The notes below the pieces were generated by a model. The model was not told where the DNA came from. It searched no databases and saw only the letters and a list, made by a program, of their open reading frames with translations. A DNA stretch of 64,000 nucleotides, from positions 2,284 through 66,283 of the forward strand of contig NZ_JAIXSV010000133.1 of the NCBI RefSeq assembly GCF_027484505.1, in the 5' to 3' direction. This document shows positions 30,472-42,270 of the stretch, piece by piece (position 1 is the first letter of the stretch; the number at the start of each line of letters is the position of its first letter). Origin of the DNA: Asticcacaulis sp. GTDB lineage: Bacteria; Pseudomonadota; Alphaproteobacteria; Caulobacterales; Caulobacteraceae. A program made the translations under genes and the position numbers.

Positions 30472-31662
30472 TTAAGCCGCTATGTCGTTTACGGCGGGCG
30501 CCGGGGTGCGCAGGCGGCTTATACCACGACGAAACAGCGCCTGAAAAGCGTCGCGTTTGCCCTTGGGCTCGGTTTCACAGGCGCGGATGGTGCGCAGACG
30601 GCGTTGCAGGCTGAGGCGGATGCCCCCCAGCTTTTCACGCGCGGCAGGCGACAGGGCCACCACCGCATCGACCAGCACGGTCATCAGGCTGGTGCGCGAC
30701 TCGATCGTGCCCTCAAGGCACACCCGCGCCGGGGAGGTCAGGGTGTGTTTGTAGCATTCGCCGCCCGCGCCGAAATCAATCTGGGTCACCCCCATCTCCG
30801 CCACGTGCTGCATGATGCGCAGCGACAGCAGAATGCCGGGACTGTAGCGATAATAGCTTTCGGCGTAGGCCGGGAACCAGAAATGCACGCAGGTGTCGCG
30901 CATCAGGCAGATTTCCGCCGCCACCAGTACCGGTTCAGCTCCGCTGACATCGCGGAATACCCCTACCCTCAGACCGAACCCCTCGTCCTGACGTTTGGCG
31001 AGCTGGCTCAGCAGGTTGAGCGTCCAGCCGCAACCGAACACGTCGTGCATGCCGGAGCGACTATATTGCTGGCGCTTCTGGTCGATAACCCATTGCAGCA
31101 GGTCGGGCGTGACGCGTTCAAAGCTGAAGGCGAAGCCGCCGAAGTCCTTTTCGACATTGCGCTGGCAGCGGCCGACATTTTTATAAAACTTGTGATGCTG
31201 CGCCTTCTGACGCGCCAGATAGGCGTCATAACCGTCGCTCAGGTCGGCAATCTGAGTGATGGCCTCAATGGTGCGGGCGTGGACATTATCGGCCGTCATC
31301 TCCCCTACCCAACCCATGAATTCGAGCCGGTGCGCCTTGAGGCTTCGCAGCAGCAGCGGGTAGTCCATGACAAACCCGGTATCGGCAATGACACCGTGAT
31401 AGTCAGTCAGCGGCGCGCCCAGCGGCTGAAGCGTGCGACCGCGCACCTGATAGGGCAGATAGCCCGCGATCTGCCCCTGCTCATCATAAAGACGGGCGAT
31501 ATGGGCATCCGGCACGCTTTGCCCGATGTCGATGACGTAGCGCACGTCGAAATAGGGTCCGATCAGATCAGGACGCCGCGAGGTAAACCCTTCCCAGGCT
31601 GCAATATCTTCGGGCGTAAGCGCTTCGGGCGCGACGCTTTCGATGCGTGTCAGTCTGGCCAT
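30472..31662 (-). CDS. GNAT acetyltransferase, CelD/BcsL family (HfsK-like)
   Basis: PLGAPLTDYHG, WFPAY...YRYSPGILL, IDFGAGGECYK motifs; Arg-rich C-terminus. Confidence 0.75.
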   Translation of the reverse strand: MARLTRIESVAPEALTPEDIAAWEGFTSRRPDLIGPYFDVRYVIDIGQSVPDAHIARLYDEQGQIAGYLPYQVRGRTLQPLGAPLTDYHGVIADTGFVMDYPLLLRSLKAHRLEFMGWVGEMTADNVHARTIEAITQIADLSDGYDAYLARQKAQHHKFYKNVGRCQRNVEKDFGGFAFSFERVTPDLLQWVIDQKRQQYSRSGMHDVFGCGWTLNLLSQLAKRQDEGFGLRVGVFRDVSGAEPVLVAAEICLMRDTCVHFWFPAYAESYYRYSPGILLSLRIMQHVAEMGVTQIDFGAGGECYKHTLTSPARVCLEGTIESRTSLMTVLVDAVVALSPAAREKLGGIRLSLQRRLRTIRACETEPKGKRDAFQALFRRGISRLRTPAPAVNDIAA

Positions 31663-31718
31663 TCGGCTCCCCAGTGCGTGTATGCAACCGGGTGTACAGT
31701 GATAAGGTTGATATTGGC

Positions 31719-32594
31719 CTAAGCCGAAGGGTTAACAAACAACGGCAGGTACAGATCGCAACGTAATTCCGCTGTCGCTACCTCTTCCGGATCATCAAGG
31801 AAATGCAGGTGCAGCGGCTGGTCAGCCAGTGCGTAACCGGCATCTATAGCCGCGAGGTAGAGCGCATCCATCGTCGGCTGGACCGCATCATAATCGCCCA
31901 AGTGACGCAGGCGGGCATAGAGGCCGCCGGGCACAACGATGTGATACAGGTCTTCAATCAACGCCCCCTTACCGCCGACATCGACCGCGACTTCGGCACG
32001 GCAGTGTTCCGGAGGTGTGTGCCGCGGATCGTCATGCTGATAGCCATAAAGGCCCGCAAGGTGTTCCATAGACAATTGCGAGAACACCAGATCGAACAAA
32101 TGCTGATAGACGGCGTTCAGTTCCGGATAGGCTCCGGTGTTGCGCAAAGCGGTAAGCGTCAGGGGTTCGGCTTCGACGATTTCAACCGCCAGCGGAGACT
32201 GTGTAATCGCCGGGCGTCGCAACTGATGGCTCAGGCCTTCGCGCAGGGACTCGGACTGACGTATCTCGCTGGCCGTATGGCCGGTTTCGGCTTTCAGGGC
32301 GCGGGCAAAGGCTTGCGACGTCGCATAACCCGCCGCCTGTGTCGCCTCCCCGATAGAGTGTTGAAGAGCGCTCGTCGCCCGCGCCAGACGGATACGCCGG
32401 ATCGTTTCCGCCGGCGTCTCACCCGTCATCAGGCGATACACCCGATGAAAATGAAAGGGCGACAAGGCCGCAATGGCGGCCATTGCGTCGAGGTCAGGGG
32501 CCTCTGTGAAATCACTGACTTCAAGGTGTTTTAACACGCGGTCGATGCGCTGAGCATAGTCAACGGACGGCGTCAGTTGAGATTGAGCGGTCAT
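31719..32594 (-). CDS. AraC-family regulator with C-terminal GyrI-like ligand-binding domain
   Basis: AALSPFHFHRVY HTH, GYATSQAFARA, C-terminal HLGDY and DDPEEV. Confidence 0.88.
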   Translation of the reverse strand: MTAQSQLTPSVDYAQRIDRVLKHLEVSDFTEAPDLDAMAAIAALSPFHFHRVYRLMTGETPAETIRRIRLARATSALQHSIGEATQAAGYATSQAFARALKAETGHTASEIRQSESLREGLSHQLRRPAITQSPLAVEIVEAEPLTLTALRNTGAYPELNAVYQHLFDLVFSQLSMEHLAGLYGYQHDDPRHTPPEHCRAEVAVDVGGKGALIEDLYHIVVPGGLYARLRHLGDYDAVQPTMDALYLAAIDAGYALADQPLHLHFLDDPEEVATAELRCDLYLPLFVNPSA

Positions 32595-32692
32595 ATAAGG
32601 CTCCCCTGAATACATCAGGCCTCACTGTGCCACGGTCTGTGCGGGGCGTCGTTCCCGATCTTGCGGAAATGGACGCTTGCCAGCACACAATT

Positions 32693-32724
32693 AAAAACCC
32701 CCTGAGTTGCCTCAGGGGGTTTTC
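32693..32724 (-). terminator. Intrinsic terminator after tuf
   Basis: aaaaaccccctgag/ctcagggggtttt stem with T-tract. Confidence 0.85.
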
Positions 32725-32782
32725 TTTAGTCTGATCGGTGTTGTCCCTGCCCGGTTAAGAACAGGGTCCGAGACCTTTGCAA

Positions 32783-33973
32783 TTAAGCAAGGATCTTCGC
32801 CACAACGCCGGCGCCGACGGTGCGGCCACCTTCACGGATAGCGAAGCGGAGCTTCTCTTCCATGGCGATCGGGGTGATCAGTTCGACGTTCAGCTCGGCG
32901 TTGTCGCCCGGCATGATCATCTCAACGCCTTCCTTCAGCGTCACGATGCCGGTCACATCGGTCGTGCGGAAGTAGAACTGCGGACGGTAGTTGGTGAAGA
33001 ACGGGGTGTGACGGCCGCCTTCTTCCTTGGTCAGGATGTAGGCTTCGGCCACGAACTTCGTGTGCGGGGTGATCGAGCCCGGCTTGCAGAGAACCTGACC
33101 GCGCTCAACGTCTTCACGCTTCGTGCCGCGCAGCAGAACGCCGACGTTGTCACCGGCTTCACCCTGGTCGAGCAGCTTGCGGAACATTTCGACGCCCGTG
33201 CAGGTCGTCTTCTGAACCGGACGGATGCCGACGATTTCGACTTCTTCACCGACCTTCACGATACCGCGCTCAACGCGGCCGGTCACAACCGTACCACGGC
33301 CCGAGATCGAGAACACGTCTTCGACCGGCATCAGGAAGGGCTGGTCAACCGGGCGAGCCGGCTGCGGGATGTACTCGTCCACGGTCTTCATCAGAGCGAG
33401 GATCTGGGTTTCGCCGATTTCCGGGTTCACGCCATCGGTCGCGGCCTTGGCCGAGCCCTTGGTGATGGGGATATCGTCGCCCGGGAACTGGTAGGACGAC
33501 AGAAGTTCACGAACTTCCATTTCGACGAGCTCAAGCAGCTCTTCGTCGTCAACCAGGTCAACCTTGTTCATGAACACGACCAGAGCCGGCACGCCAACCT
33601 GACGGGCGAGCAGGATGTGTTCACGGGTTTGCGGCATCGGGCCGTCAGCGGCCGACACAACCAGGATAGCGCCGTCCATCTGAGCGGCACCGGTGATCAT
33701 GTTCTTCACGTAGTCGGCGTGACCCGGGCAGTCAACGTGAGCGTAGTGACGGTTTTCCGTCTCATACTCAACGTGGGCCGTGTTGATCGTGATGCCGCGG
33801 GCCTTTTCTTCCGGAGCGGCGTCGATGTCTTCGTACTTCTTGGCAGTCGCGCCGCCCGACTTAGCCAGCGTCATCGTGATCGCGGCGGTCAGGGTGGTCT
33901 TGCCGTGGTCAACGTGACCAATGGTGCCGATGTTGCAGTGCGGCTTCGTGCGGTTAAATTTTTCCTTGGCCAT
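32783..33973 (-). CDS. tuf: Elongation factor Tu
   Basis: [29 protein letters not shown]; start ATG 33973. Confidence 0.99.
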   Translation of the reverse strand: MAKEKFNRTKPHCNIGTIGHVDHGKTTLTAAITMTLAKSGGATAKKYEDIDAAPEEKARGITINTAHVEYETENRHYAHVDCPGHADYVKNMITGAAQMDGAILVVSAADGPMPQTREHILLARQVGVPALVVFMNKVDLVDDEELLELVEMEVRELLSSYQFPGDDIPITKGSAKAATDGVNPEIGETQILALMKTVDEYIPQPARPVDQPFLMPVEDVFSISGRGTVVTGRVERGIVKVGEEVEIVGIRPVQKTTCTGVEMFRKLLDQGEAGDNVGVLLRGTKREDVERGQVLCKPGSITPHTKFVAEAYILTKEEGGRHTPFFTNYRPQFYFRTTDVTGIVTLKEGVEMIMPGDNAELNVELITPIAMEEKLRFAIREGGRTVGAGVVAKILA

Positions 33974-34132
33974 TTCAAATCCCCGCAAATATGCGGGCCT
34001 TCACTCGGTTAGGGGTTGGAAACTTGGGAGCACTCCGCCCCGGAAATCCGTGTCGTCATCCTTGCGGATTTCCGGTTCGGGGCGCAGTGGGGAAGGCCCG
34101 TAGCATAGTCTTTGCTACGGGCCAAATGGTTT

Positions 34133-36211
<2,079 letters not shown>

Positions 36212-36351
36212 TGTACGGGCCTCAGACAAAAAGGGGATTTAAAAAAAGTGTGTAGGCACTATGCGTAAGCGCGGGAGACTTAATGAACAAAGTCGCCCGC
36301 GCCTTATAGACCTTTTTTGACAGGACCGTGACAGCCCTGTCCCGCAAGGAA

Positions 36352-36825
36352 TTACCAGCGGTAGTGCGCGAACGCGCGGTTGGCTTCGGCCATCTTGTGC
36401 GTGTCTTCGCGCTTCTTGACCGCGGTGCCGCGGTTGTTGGAGGCGTCGAGCAGCTCACCGGCCAGCTTTTCGGTCATGGTGTTTTCACCACGCTTGCGCG
36501 CGGCGTTGACCAGCCAGCGGATGGCGAGCGCACGGCGACGGTCCGGACGGACTTCGACGGGCACCTGATAGGTGGCACCGCCGACGCGGCGCGAACGCAC
36601 TTCGATCGACGGGGCGACGTTGTCGAGAGCCGCATGGAAGGTCTCGACCGCAGTTGCGTCCTTCTTCTTGGCTTCGAGGATGTCGAAGGCACCGTAAACG
36701 ATGTTTTCGGCGACGGCCTTCTTACCTTCGTACATGACGTAGTTCATGAACTTGGTGACAACCAGATCCCCGAACTTGGGATCGGGCAGAACTTCACGCT
36801 TCTCTGCGCGGTGACGACGTGACAT
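36352..36825 (-). CDS. rpsG: 30S ribosomal protein S7
   Basis: [26 protein letters not shown]. Confidence 0.99.
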   Translation of the reverse strand: MSRRHRAEKREVLPDPKFGDLVVTKFMNYVMYEGKKAVAENIVYGAFDILEAKKKDATAVETFHAALDNVAPSIEVRSRRVGGATYQVPVEVRPDRRRALAIRWLVNAARKRGENTMTEKLAGELLDASNNRGTAVKKREDTHKMAEANRAFAHYRW

Positions 36826-36837
36826 AGGTCTCTATCC

Positions 36838-37209
36838 TTACTTCGGACGCTTCGCACCGTAGTGCGAACGGCGTTGCTTACGGTTCTTGACGCCTTGCGT
36901 GTCGAGCACGCCGCGCAGGATGTGGTAACGGACACCCGGAAGGTCCTTCACGCGGCCGCCGCGGATCAGAACCACGGAGTGTTCCTGAAGGTTGTGGCCG
37001 ACGCCGGGGATGTAGCACACCGATTCGATGCCGGAGGTCAGACGGACCTTGGCGACCTTACGCAGAGCCGAGTTCGGCTTCTTCGGGGTCGTGGTGTAAA
37101 CGCGCGTACAAACGCCGCGACGCTGGGGCGAGCCCTTCAGGGCCGGCACCTTGTTACGCTTCGGGTTCGGCTTGCGCGGCTTGCGGATAAGCTGGTTAAT
37201 CGTGGGCAT
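36838..37209 (-). CDS. rpsL: 30S ribosomal protein S12
   Basis: [29 protein letters not shown]. Confidence 0.99.
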   Translation of the reverse strand: MPTINQLIRKPRKPNPKRNKVPALKGSPQRRGVCTRVYTTTPKKPNSALRKVAKVRLTSGIESVCYIPGVGHNLQEHSVVLIRGGRVKDLPGVRYHILRGVLDTQGVKNRKQRRSHYGAKRPK

Positions 37210-37409
37210 TTAATCTCTTGCCTTAGATGGGGAGGCCTGTGCCGTTTGGCCGGGCGACCTCGGTTGGGATGTAGCCTTCAGAAGCATCGGAAACGACAAA
37301 CACAAAAGCCGCAACCCGCGCTTTGGGGGTTACGGCGGGCACGCAGGCCCTTGTCTCAATCGCTCTGAAAACGGACCCTTGCAGGTCCCGCCTCAAAAAA
37401 GATTGGGGG

Positions 37410-37438
37410 GCTATACAGGAGCCCCCCCGGCGGGTCAA
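37410..37438 (-). promoter_or_regulatory. Sigma70-like promoter of the str operon
   Basis: TTGACC-N17-TATAGC about 200 nt upstream of rpsL. Confidence 0.6.
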
Positions 37439-37495
37439 GCGGGATTCACGCCAGCGCCCCAAAGGCGGGCGAACAGGTGGGCATGGCTAAGGGCG

Positions 37496-39085
37496 TTACG
37501 ACTGAACGCCCGCCGCCACATAGGCGGCCACGCCCTTGGGCGGCAGGATAAGGCGCAGCTGGCCGCCCTGCGCCGTCAGTTGCGCCGGCGCACCGAGGTC
37601 CAGTGCCGAAGCCCACACCCCCTCGCCCTTCGTCTCAAAGGTCTGAGGCGCGTTGGACAGGTTGATGAACACCAGCCCCTTCTGCCCCGCCTTCTGACGC
37701 GCGAACACAAGCGTCTCCTCCCCGGCTTTCGACAGAAGCGTAAACGTCCCGTCGGCCAGCACAGGATGCGTCTGCCGCGCCAGGTAGAGGGCGCGGTAGT
37801 ATTCCAGCAGGCTGCCGCCTTCGCCGGTCTGCGACCTGACATTATGGGTGGCGGCATTGGTGGCATAAGCGCGATAGGGTTTGGCCGCCGTGGTAAAGCC
37901 GTGCCCGGCCGAGCCGTCCCAACTCATCGGGGCGCGCAGGCCGGGATCGTCGTACTTGCCATTATTGGCCAGCCCGATCTCTTCGCCGTAGTAGGAAAAC
38001 GGCGTGTCAGACGCCAGCACCGAGACGGCCGCCGCCACGCGATAGCTGCCCGCGTCAAGATCGTTGATGAGGCGGTCGCCGACATAGGCGTCGTGGCTTT
38101 GCAGGACCAGTGGCATCAGGGGACGCTTGTCAGAGGCCAGTTGCGTCGCCAGCTTTGCCGACAGCTTGCCGTAGCGGGCGCTGGACTTGATCTCCTTCTG
38201 CGTGCCGAAGGCGAAAGAGTTCGTGCAGGCCTCACCGGCATAAAGGGCGGGCTGTTCGGAGGCTTCGCAGATCAGGTAACGGTTGGGATAGGCCTTGACC
38301 ACCGCATTGACCTGTTTCAGCACCTCGATATTTTCCGGCTGATCCATATAGGCGGTGGGGCCGTTTTCGACCAGCATGGTCACGGCGTCGATGCGGAAGC
38401 CGTCCACGCCCTTGTTCAGCCAGAAGCGGAAATTGTCGGCGTGATAGTCGATCACCCGCTGATTTTTCAGGTTGAAGTCTGGCATCTGATCGTCGAACAG
38501 GCCGTAGAAATAGCCTTTGCCAACCTTATTTTGCCGCCACGGCCCCCAGGAAAAGCCCGCCCACTTCGGGTCCTTATCGGCGAAGATGTACCAGTCGCGG
38601 TAGGGCGAGGTTTTGGATTTCGCGGCGCTGAGGAAGATCGGATTGTCGTTGGCCGAATGGTTCATCACATAGTCGATGATGATGCCGATACCGCGCTTGT
38701 GCGCCTCGGCCACAAAGCGCTCGAAATCCGCCATCGTCCCATAGGCTGGATTGACGGCGCGATAGTCGTTGACGGCATAGCCGTGATCCTTGTCCGCCGA
38801 CGGGTGCATGGGCATCAGCCAGATGCCGGTCACCCCCAGACTTTGCAGATAGTCGAGCCGCGAGGTCAGGCCGTTGAAATCCCCGATGCCGTCGCCATCG
38901 GAGTCCTGATAGGAACGAACGAATATCTCCATAAAGGTGGCGCTGCGGTTCCAGTGGGCAGGCAGGCCATTGTCGCGCGGCTGGGCGGCGACCGTCGATA
39001 CGTCGATTTTGGCGGTTTGCGCCTGCGCAGTCGTGGCCAGCAGCGCGCACGCCACCGCTGCGCCTATCAGCGATTTCAATACCAT
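37496..39085 (-). CDS. Secreted alpha-amylase-family glycoside hydrolase (GH13)
   Basis: Signal peptide ending AQA; DYVMNH, GVDGFRIDAV, CEASE, QSHD; start ATG 39085. Confidence 0.88.
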   Translation of the reverse strand: MVLKSLIGAAVACALLATTAQAQTAKIDVSTVAAQPRDNGLPAHWNRSATFMEIFVRSYQDSDGDGIGDFNGLTSRLDYLQSLGVTGIWLMPMHPSADKDHGYAVNDYRAVNPAYGTMADFERFVAEAHKRGIGIIIDYVMNHSANDNPIFLSAAKSKTSPYRDWYIFADKDPKWAGFSWGPWRQNKVGKGYFYGLFDDQMPDFNLKNQRVIDYHADNFRFWLNKGVDGFRIDAVTMLVENGPTAYMDQPENIEVLKQVNAVVKAYPNRYLICEASEQPALYAGEACTNSFAFGTQKEIKSSARYGKLSAKLATQLASDKRPLMPLVLQSHDAYVGDRLINDLDAGSYRVAAAVSVLASDTPFSYYGEEIGLANNGKYDDPGLRAPMSWDGSAGHGFTTAAKPYRAYATNAATHNVRSQTGEGGSLLEYYRALYLARQTHPVLADGTFTLLSKAGEETLVFARQKAGQKGLVFINLSNAPQTFETKGEGVWASALDLGAPAQLTAQGGQLRLILPPKGVAAYVAAGVQS

Positions 39086-39212
39086 TGTCCGTCTCCCTGT
39101 CTTTTGACGCAGGAAAACACAGGCGCCCATTGGCGAACAGACATCCGGCAGATGAATACGTATGCGGCGACCATCGGCAACTTGACGACCTCCACTCACA
39201 AAGCCTCAAAGA

Positions 39213-39228
39213 TCAACCCTGAGTTAAC
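39213..39228 (+). promoter_or_regulatory. Possible CtrA site TCAA-N7-TTAAC
   Basis: One mismatch to TTAA-N7-TTAAC, 45 nt upstream of the 39274 ORF. Confidence 0.4.
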
Positions 39229-39273
39229 TTATGAACTCTACCCTTGGCTAACTTTCTTCTGGAGGACGTCGTT

Positions 39274-40023
39274 ATGGAAGTGACCAGCGCCACAACGAAT
39301 ACGAGTGCGGTTCAACAACCTGCCGCTCAATCTGCCTATGCTCAAAACAAAGACCGTTGGGCTGAGTTGGCCGCGACCGTTACAGACACGAGTGGCACAT
39401 ACAGCGATTCAGAGCGCGCGACCGCTTTCGATGCGATGCGAACTATGATTGGTAATGGCCAAACCAAGGGTATGGATAGCGCTGGCGGTGCCCTTTTCGA
39501 GCAAGCCGTTCAAAGCGACGTCGTTCAGCGGGTCATGGCTTACCAGCAACGCGAAGCACAAATGGCCGGCTCGCTGATTGCCGCCGGACGCGGCGACGAA
39601 GTCGCAGGCATGCAACTGAAGTTCTTCGACAGCTTGTCGAAAACAGACCAGCAGACCTATTTCACTATTCAGGTCAATCCGACGGACATGCTGACAGGCA
39701 CCAAGCGCTATTCAAGCATCGACGGATATCGCTCCACCTTGCGCGCCCAGGATCAACTGGGGCGCTATCTGGCTTCCGCGCAATCAGATGGTAAGTCCGC
39801 GGTTTCTGACGCAACTTACGCACAAACTCTGAAACTCGCTTCCGGAAGCCAGAATGTCGAGGCGTGGGCCTCGCAAGTGCTCACGCTTTTCAGCGCGTCA
39901 GATGACAAAATTACCCTGTCCTCCGAGGCAAGGGGCATTTTGGGTGAGGCGTTTGAAAGCTCGAACCCTTCGAAGCCCGCCAGACATTATGAGCCCGGTT
40001 CCGTGGCATCCAAATTCGCCTGA
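39274..40023 (+). CDS. Hypothetical protein (Ser/Thr/Ala/Gln-rich, no signal peptide)
   Basis: GGAGG SD then ATG 39274; DDKITLSSEAR and terminal YEPGSVASKFA motifs. Confidence 0.7.
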   Translation: MEVTSATTNTSAVQQPAAQSAYAQNKDRWAELAATVTDTSGTYSDSERATAFDAMRTMIGNGQTKGMDSAGGALFEQAVQSDVVQRVMAYQQREAQMAGSLIAAGRGDEVAGMQLKFFDSLSKTDQQTYFTIQVNPTDMLTGTKRYSSIDGYRSTLRAQDQLGRYLASAQSDGKSAVSDATYAQTLKLASGSQNVEAWASQVLTLFSASDDKITLSSEARGILGEAFESSNPSKPARHYEPGSVASKFA

Positions 40024-40109
40024 CGACCATATAGCTCGGCGAATGCTCTGGTTGCGCCTGTACCCCTTCGCGCGTGTGAAATCTGCTATGGCCGATAGCG
40101 ACTCAGGGG

Positions 40110-40361
40110 TTAGCTGCGGCCGCTTAAGGAGCCCGGTTCCTCGGCGACGCGCGGTTGATCAGAATCGCTTTTGACATAGTGTTCGTTGGCCAGCCCCTTG
40201 CCGTTCGGCGTTTTGGGCTGCATCCGCTCGTCCTTGCTGTCTTTTTCGTCGCCATAGGCTTCGCCCTGTTCGCCGTTTGAAGGTTTGTCGCGCGAAAAAT
40301 GCTCGCGGACATCGGCGGTTTCGGCCTTTTGCGGATCATCGGTCTCGTGTGGGGCGGTCAT
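40110..40361 (-). CDS. Small hydrophilic, acidic hypothetical protein (83 aa)
   Basis: cAGGAGacacctATG; highly charged and probably disordered. Confidence 0.6.
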   Translation of the reverse strand: MTAPHETDDPQKAETADVREHFSRDKPSNGEQGEAYGDEKDSKDERMQPKTPNGKGLANEHYVKSDSDQPRVAEEPGSLSGRS

Positions 40362-40385
40362 AGGTGTCTCCTGTTTGGCGAGCGG

Positions 40386-40436
40386 AAACAAAACGGCCCG
40401 GTCTGAGCCGGGGGACACTCAGACCGGGCCGTTTAC
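40386..40436. terminator. Strong bidirectional terminator-like hairpin
   Basis: aacggcccggtctgag/ctcagaccgggccgtt 16-bp stem with A/T tracts on both sides. Confidence 0.75.
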
Positions 40437-40556
40437 TTTATGCGCGCTGTCAGATCAGCGTCGCAGGACAGGTTTGCTCGTTTCATGCCCGAACACCATA
40501 CGTCGCCGGGCATCAAAAGGCGCGAGGCGAGGCGTTACCGCTTCGTAAGAAAGCGA

Positions 40557-41948
40557 TCAGAGCGCACGCAATACCGGCTCAGCCTCATTCAGCGAAGCCT
40601 CCAGAATATCGACAATGCGGTCGATCTCGGCCTCGGTGATGATCAGCGGCGGGCACATGACGATGGTGTCGCGGATGCCGCGCACCATCAGGCCGTTCTT
40701 GATACAGATGTCGCGCACCACCGGACCGGCATGACCTTCGGCGCCCTTGAAGCGCAGGTTGGTGCCCTTTTCGGCGACGATTTCCACCGCCCCCAAAAGC
40801 CCGATGGAGCGCGCTTCGCCGACCAGCGGATGCCCGTCGAGGCGCTTCAAGGCCTTTGCCAGATAGGGGCCGGTCACTTCGCGCGTGCGCTCAATCAGGC
40901 CTTCGCGCTCGATAATGCCGATATTGGCCAGCGCCACGGCACAGGCCGCCGGGTGACCCGAATAGGTATAGCCGTGCACGAAGTCGCCGCCGGTCTTCAG
41001 CACCTCAACGATGGGCGACGACACGCCGACCGCCGAAATGGGCAGATAGCCCGACGACAGCCCCTTGGCCATGGCGATGATGTCCGGCTTGACGCCATAA
41101 TGCTGGTGGCCGAACCACTGACCCAGACGTCCGAAGCCGCAGATGACTTCGTCGCAGATCAGCAGGATGCCGTACTTGCGGCACAGGGCCTCAACCTTGG
41201 GCCAGTAGCTTTCCGGCGGGATGACCACGCCGCCCGCGCCCTGCACCGGCTCACCGATAAAGGCCGCGACCTTGTCCGGCCCGACGCTGAGGATGCGGTC
41301 TTCGATATCCTGAACGCAGGCATCGGCAAAGGCGTCCGGGTCCTGACCAAAGCCTTCGCCGAACAGATAGGGCTGGCGCACGTGCTCGATGCCGGGAATG
41401 GGCAGGCCACCCTGTGCGTGCATAAAGGTCATGCCGCCCAGCGACGCCCCCGCAACGGTCGAGCCGTGATAAGCATTGCGACGTGAGATAAAGACCTGAC
41501 GCTCCGGTTCGCCTTTCAGCGTCCAGTAGTGACGCACCAGACGAAACACCGTGTCATTGGCCTCAGACCCCGACGAGTTGAAAAAGACGTGTTTGAGGTC
41601 CGGATTGCCTAGGACCATCTTCTCGGCGATCTTGGCCGCCAGTCGCACAGCGGGGGCCGTCGCCGTCTTGAAGAAGGTGTTGTAATAGGGCAGTTCCAGC
41701 ATCTGCTTATAGGCGGCTTCGGCCAGTTCGCTGCGCCCGTAGCCGACATTGACGCACCACAGCCCGGCCATGCCGTCCAGCAGCGATTTGCCGTCAATAT
41801 CCGTGATCACACAGCCTTCGGCATGGGTGATAATACGGCTGCCGCCCAGTTGCTCCAGCAGCGCATAGTCGGCCTGCGCCGGCAGGTGGTGCGCCAGATC
41901 GAGCGCCTTCAGTTCGGCGGATTCGTTGTTTTTGAGCGGAAGATTCAT
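40557..41948 (-). CDS. Class III aminotransferase, putrescine-pyruvate/omega-amine type (SpuC-like)
   Basis: DGMAGLWCVNVGY, YHGST, EPVQGAGG, DEVICGFGR, PLP Lys in AKGLSSGY. Confidence 0.88.
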   Translation of the reverse strand: MNLPLKNNESAELKALDLAHHLPAQADYALLEQLGGSRIITHAEGCVITDIDGKSLLDGMAGLWCVNVGYGRSELAEAAYKQMLELPYYNTFFKTATAPAVRLAAKIAEKMVLGNPDLKHVFFNSSGSEANDTVFRLVRHYWTLKGEPERQVFISRRNAYHGSTVAGASLGGMTFMHAQGGLPIPGIEHVRQPYLFGEGFGQDPDAFADACVQDIEDRILSVGPDKVAAFIGEPVQGAGGVVIPPESYWPKVEALCRKYGILLICDEVICGFGRLGQWFGHQHYGVKPDIIAMAKGLSSGYLPISAVGVSSPIVEVLKTGGDFVHGYTYSGHPAACAVALANIGIIEREGLIERTREVTGPYLAKALKRLDGHPLVGEARSIGLLGAVEIVAEKGTNLRFKGAEGHAGPVVRDICIKNGLMVRGIRDTIVMCPPLIITEAEIDRIVDILEASLNEAEPVLRAL

Positions 41949-42033
41949 GACGGGCGCTCCGTGACAGCATGGGTTTCACGGGACTATAGCCCCGCCCCGG
42001 CAAAAGCGGAATGGCCAAATCACGGGCGGGACA

Positions 42034-42051
42034 AAATTGTGATCACAATTT
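42034..42051. promoter_or_regulatory. Perfect 18-bp palindrome, candidate operator
   Basis: aaattgtgatcacaattt, 85 nt upstream of the aminotransferase start. Confidence 0.55.
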
Positions 42052-42102
42052 GCGGAAGGGGTTTAGCAATGCCTGGAAACGATAGCGGTGAGCGGGTTTT
42101 TA

Positions 42103-42224
42103 AACCACGAACGGCACGAACCTCGCGAACGTCGTTGCGTGGAAACTGTTGCGCGAAGCGCCCTCTTCCCTTCAGGGATGGATAGACGCTACCGCCTTTT
42201 CCAGCTTTTCGTGTTTTTCGTGGC
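42103..42224. repeat. Repeat family B copy (CACGAA subtype)
   Basis: aaccacgaacggcacgaac left arm, internal gcgcgaagcgcc, right arm cttttcgtgtttttcgtggc identical to 10974-10993. Confidence 0.75.
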
Positions 42225-42270
42225 CAACGACTTACGGGTATTGCCCCTTGCGAGCCTGCGACTCTCTCTG

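Noticed and set aside
36212-36351. Terminator between rpsG and fusA
   Set aside because: The strong stem (aaggcgcggg/cccgcgctt) is not adjacent to the T-run, and the stem next to the T-run has only 4 bp.
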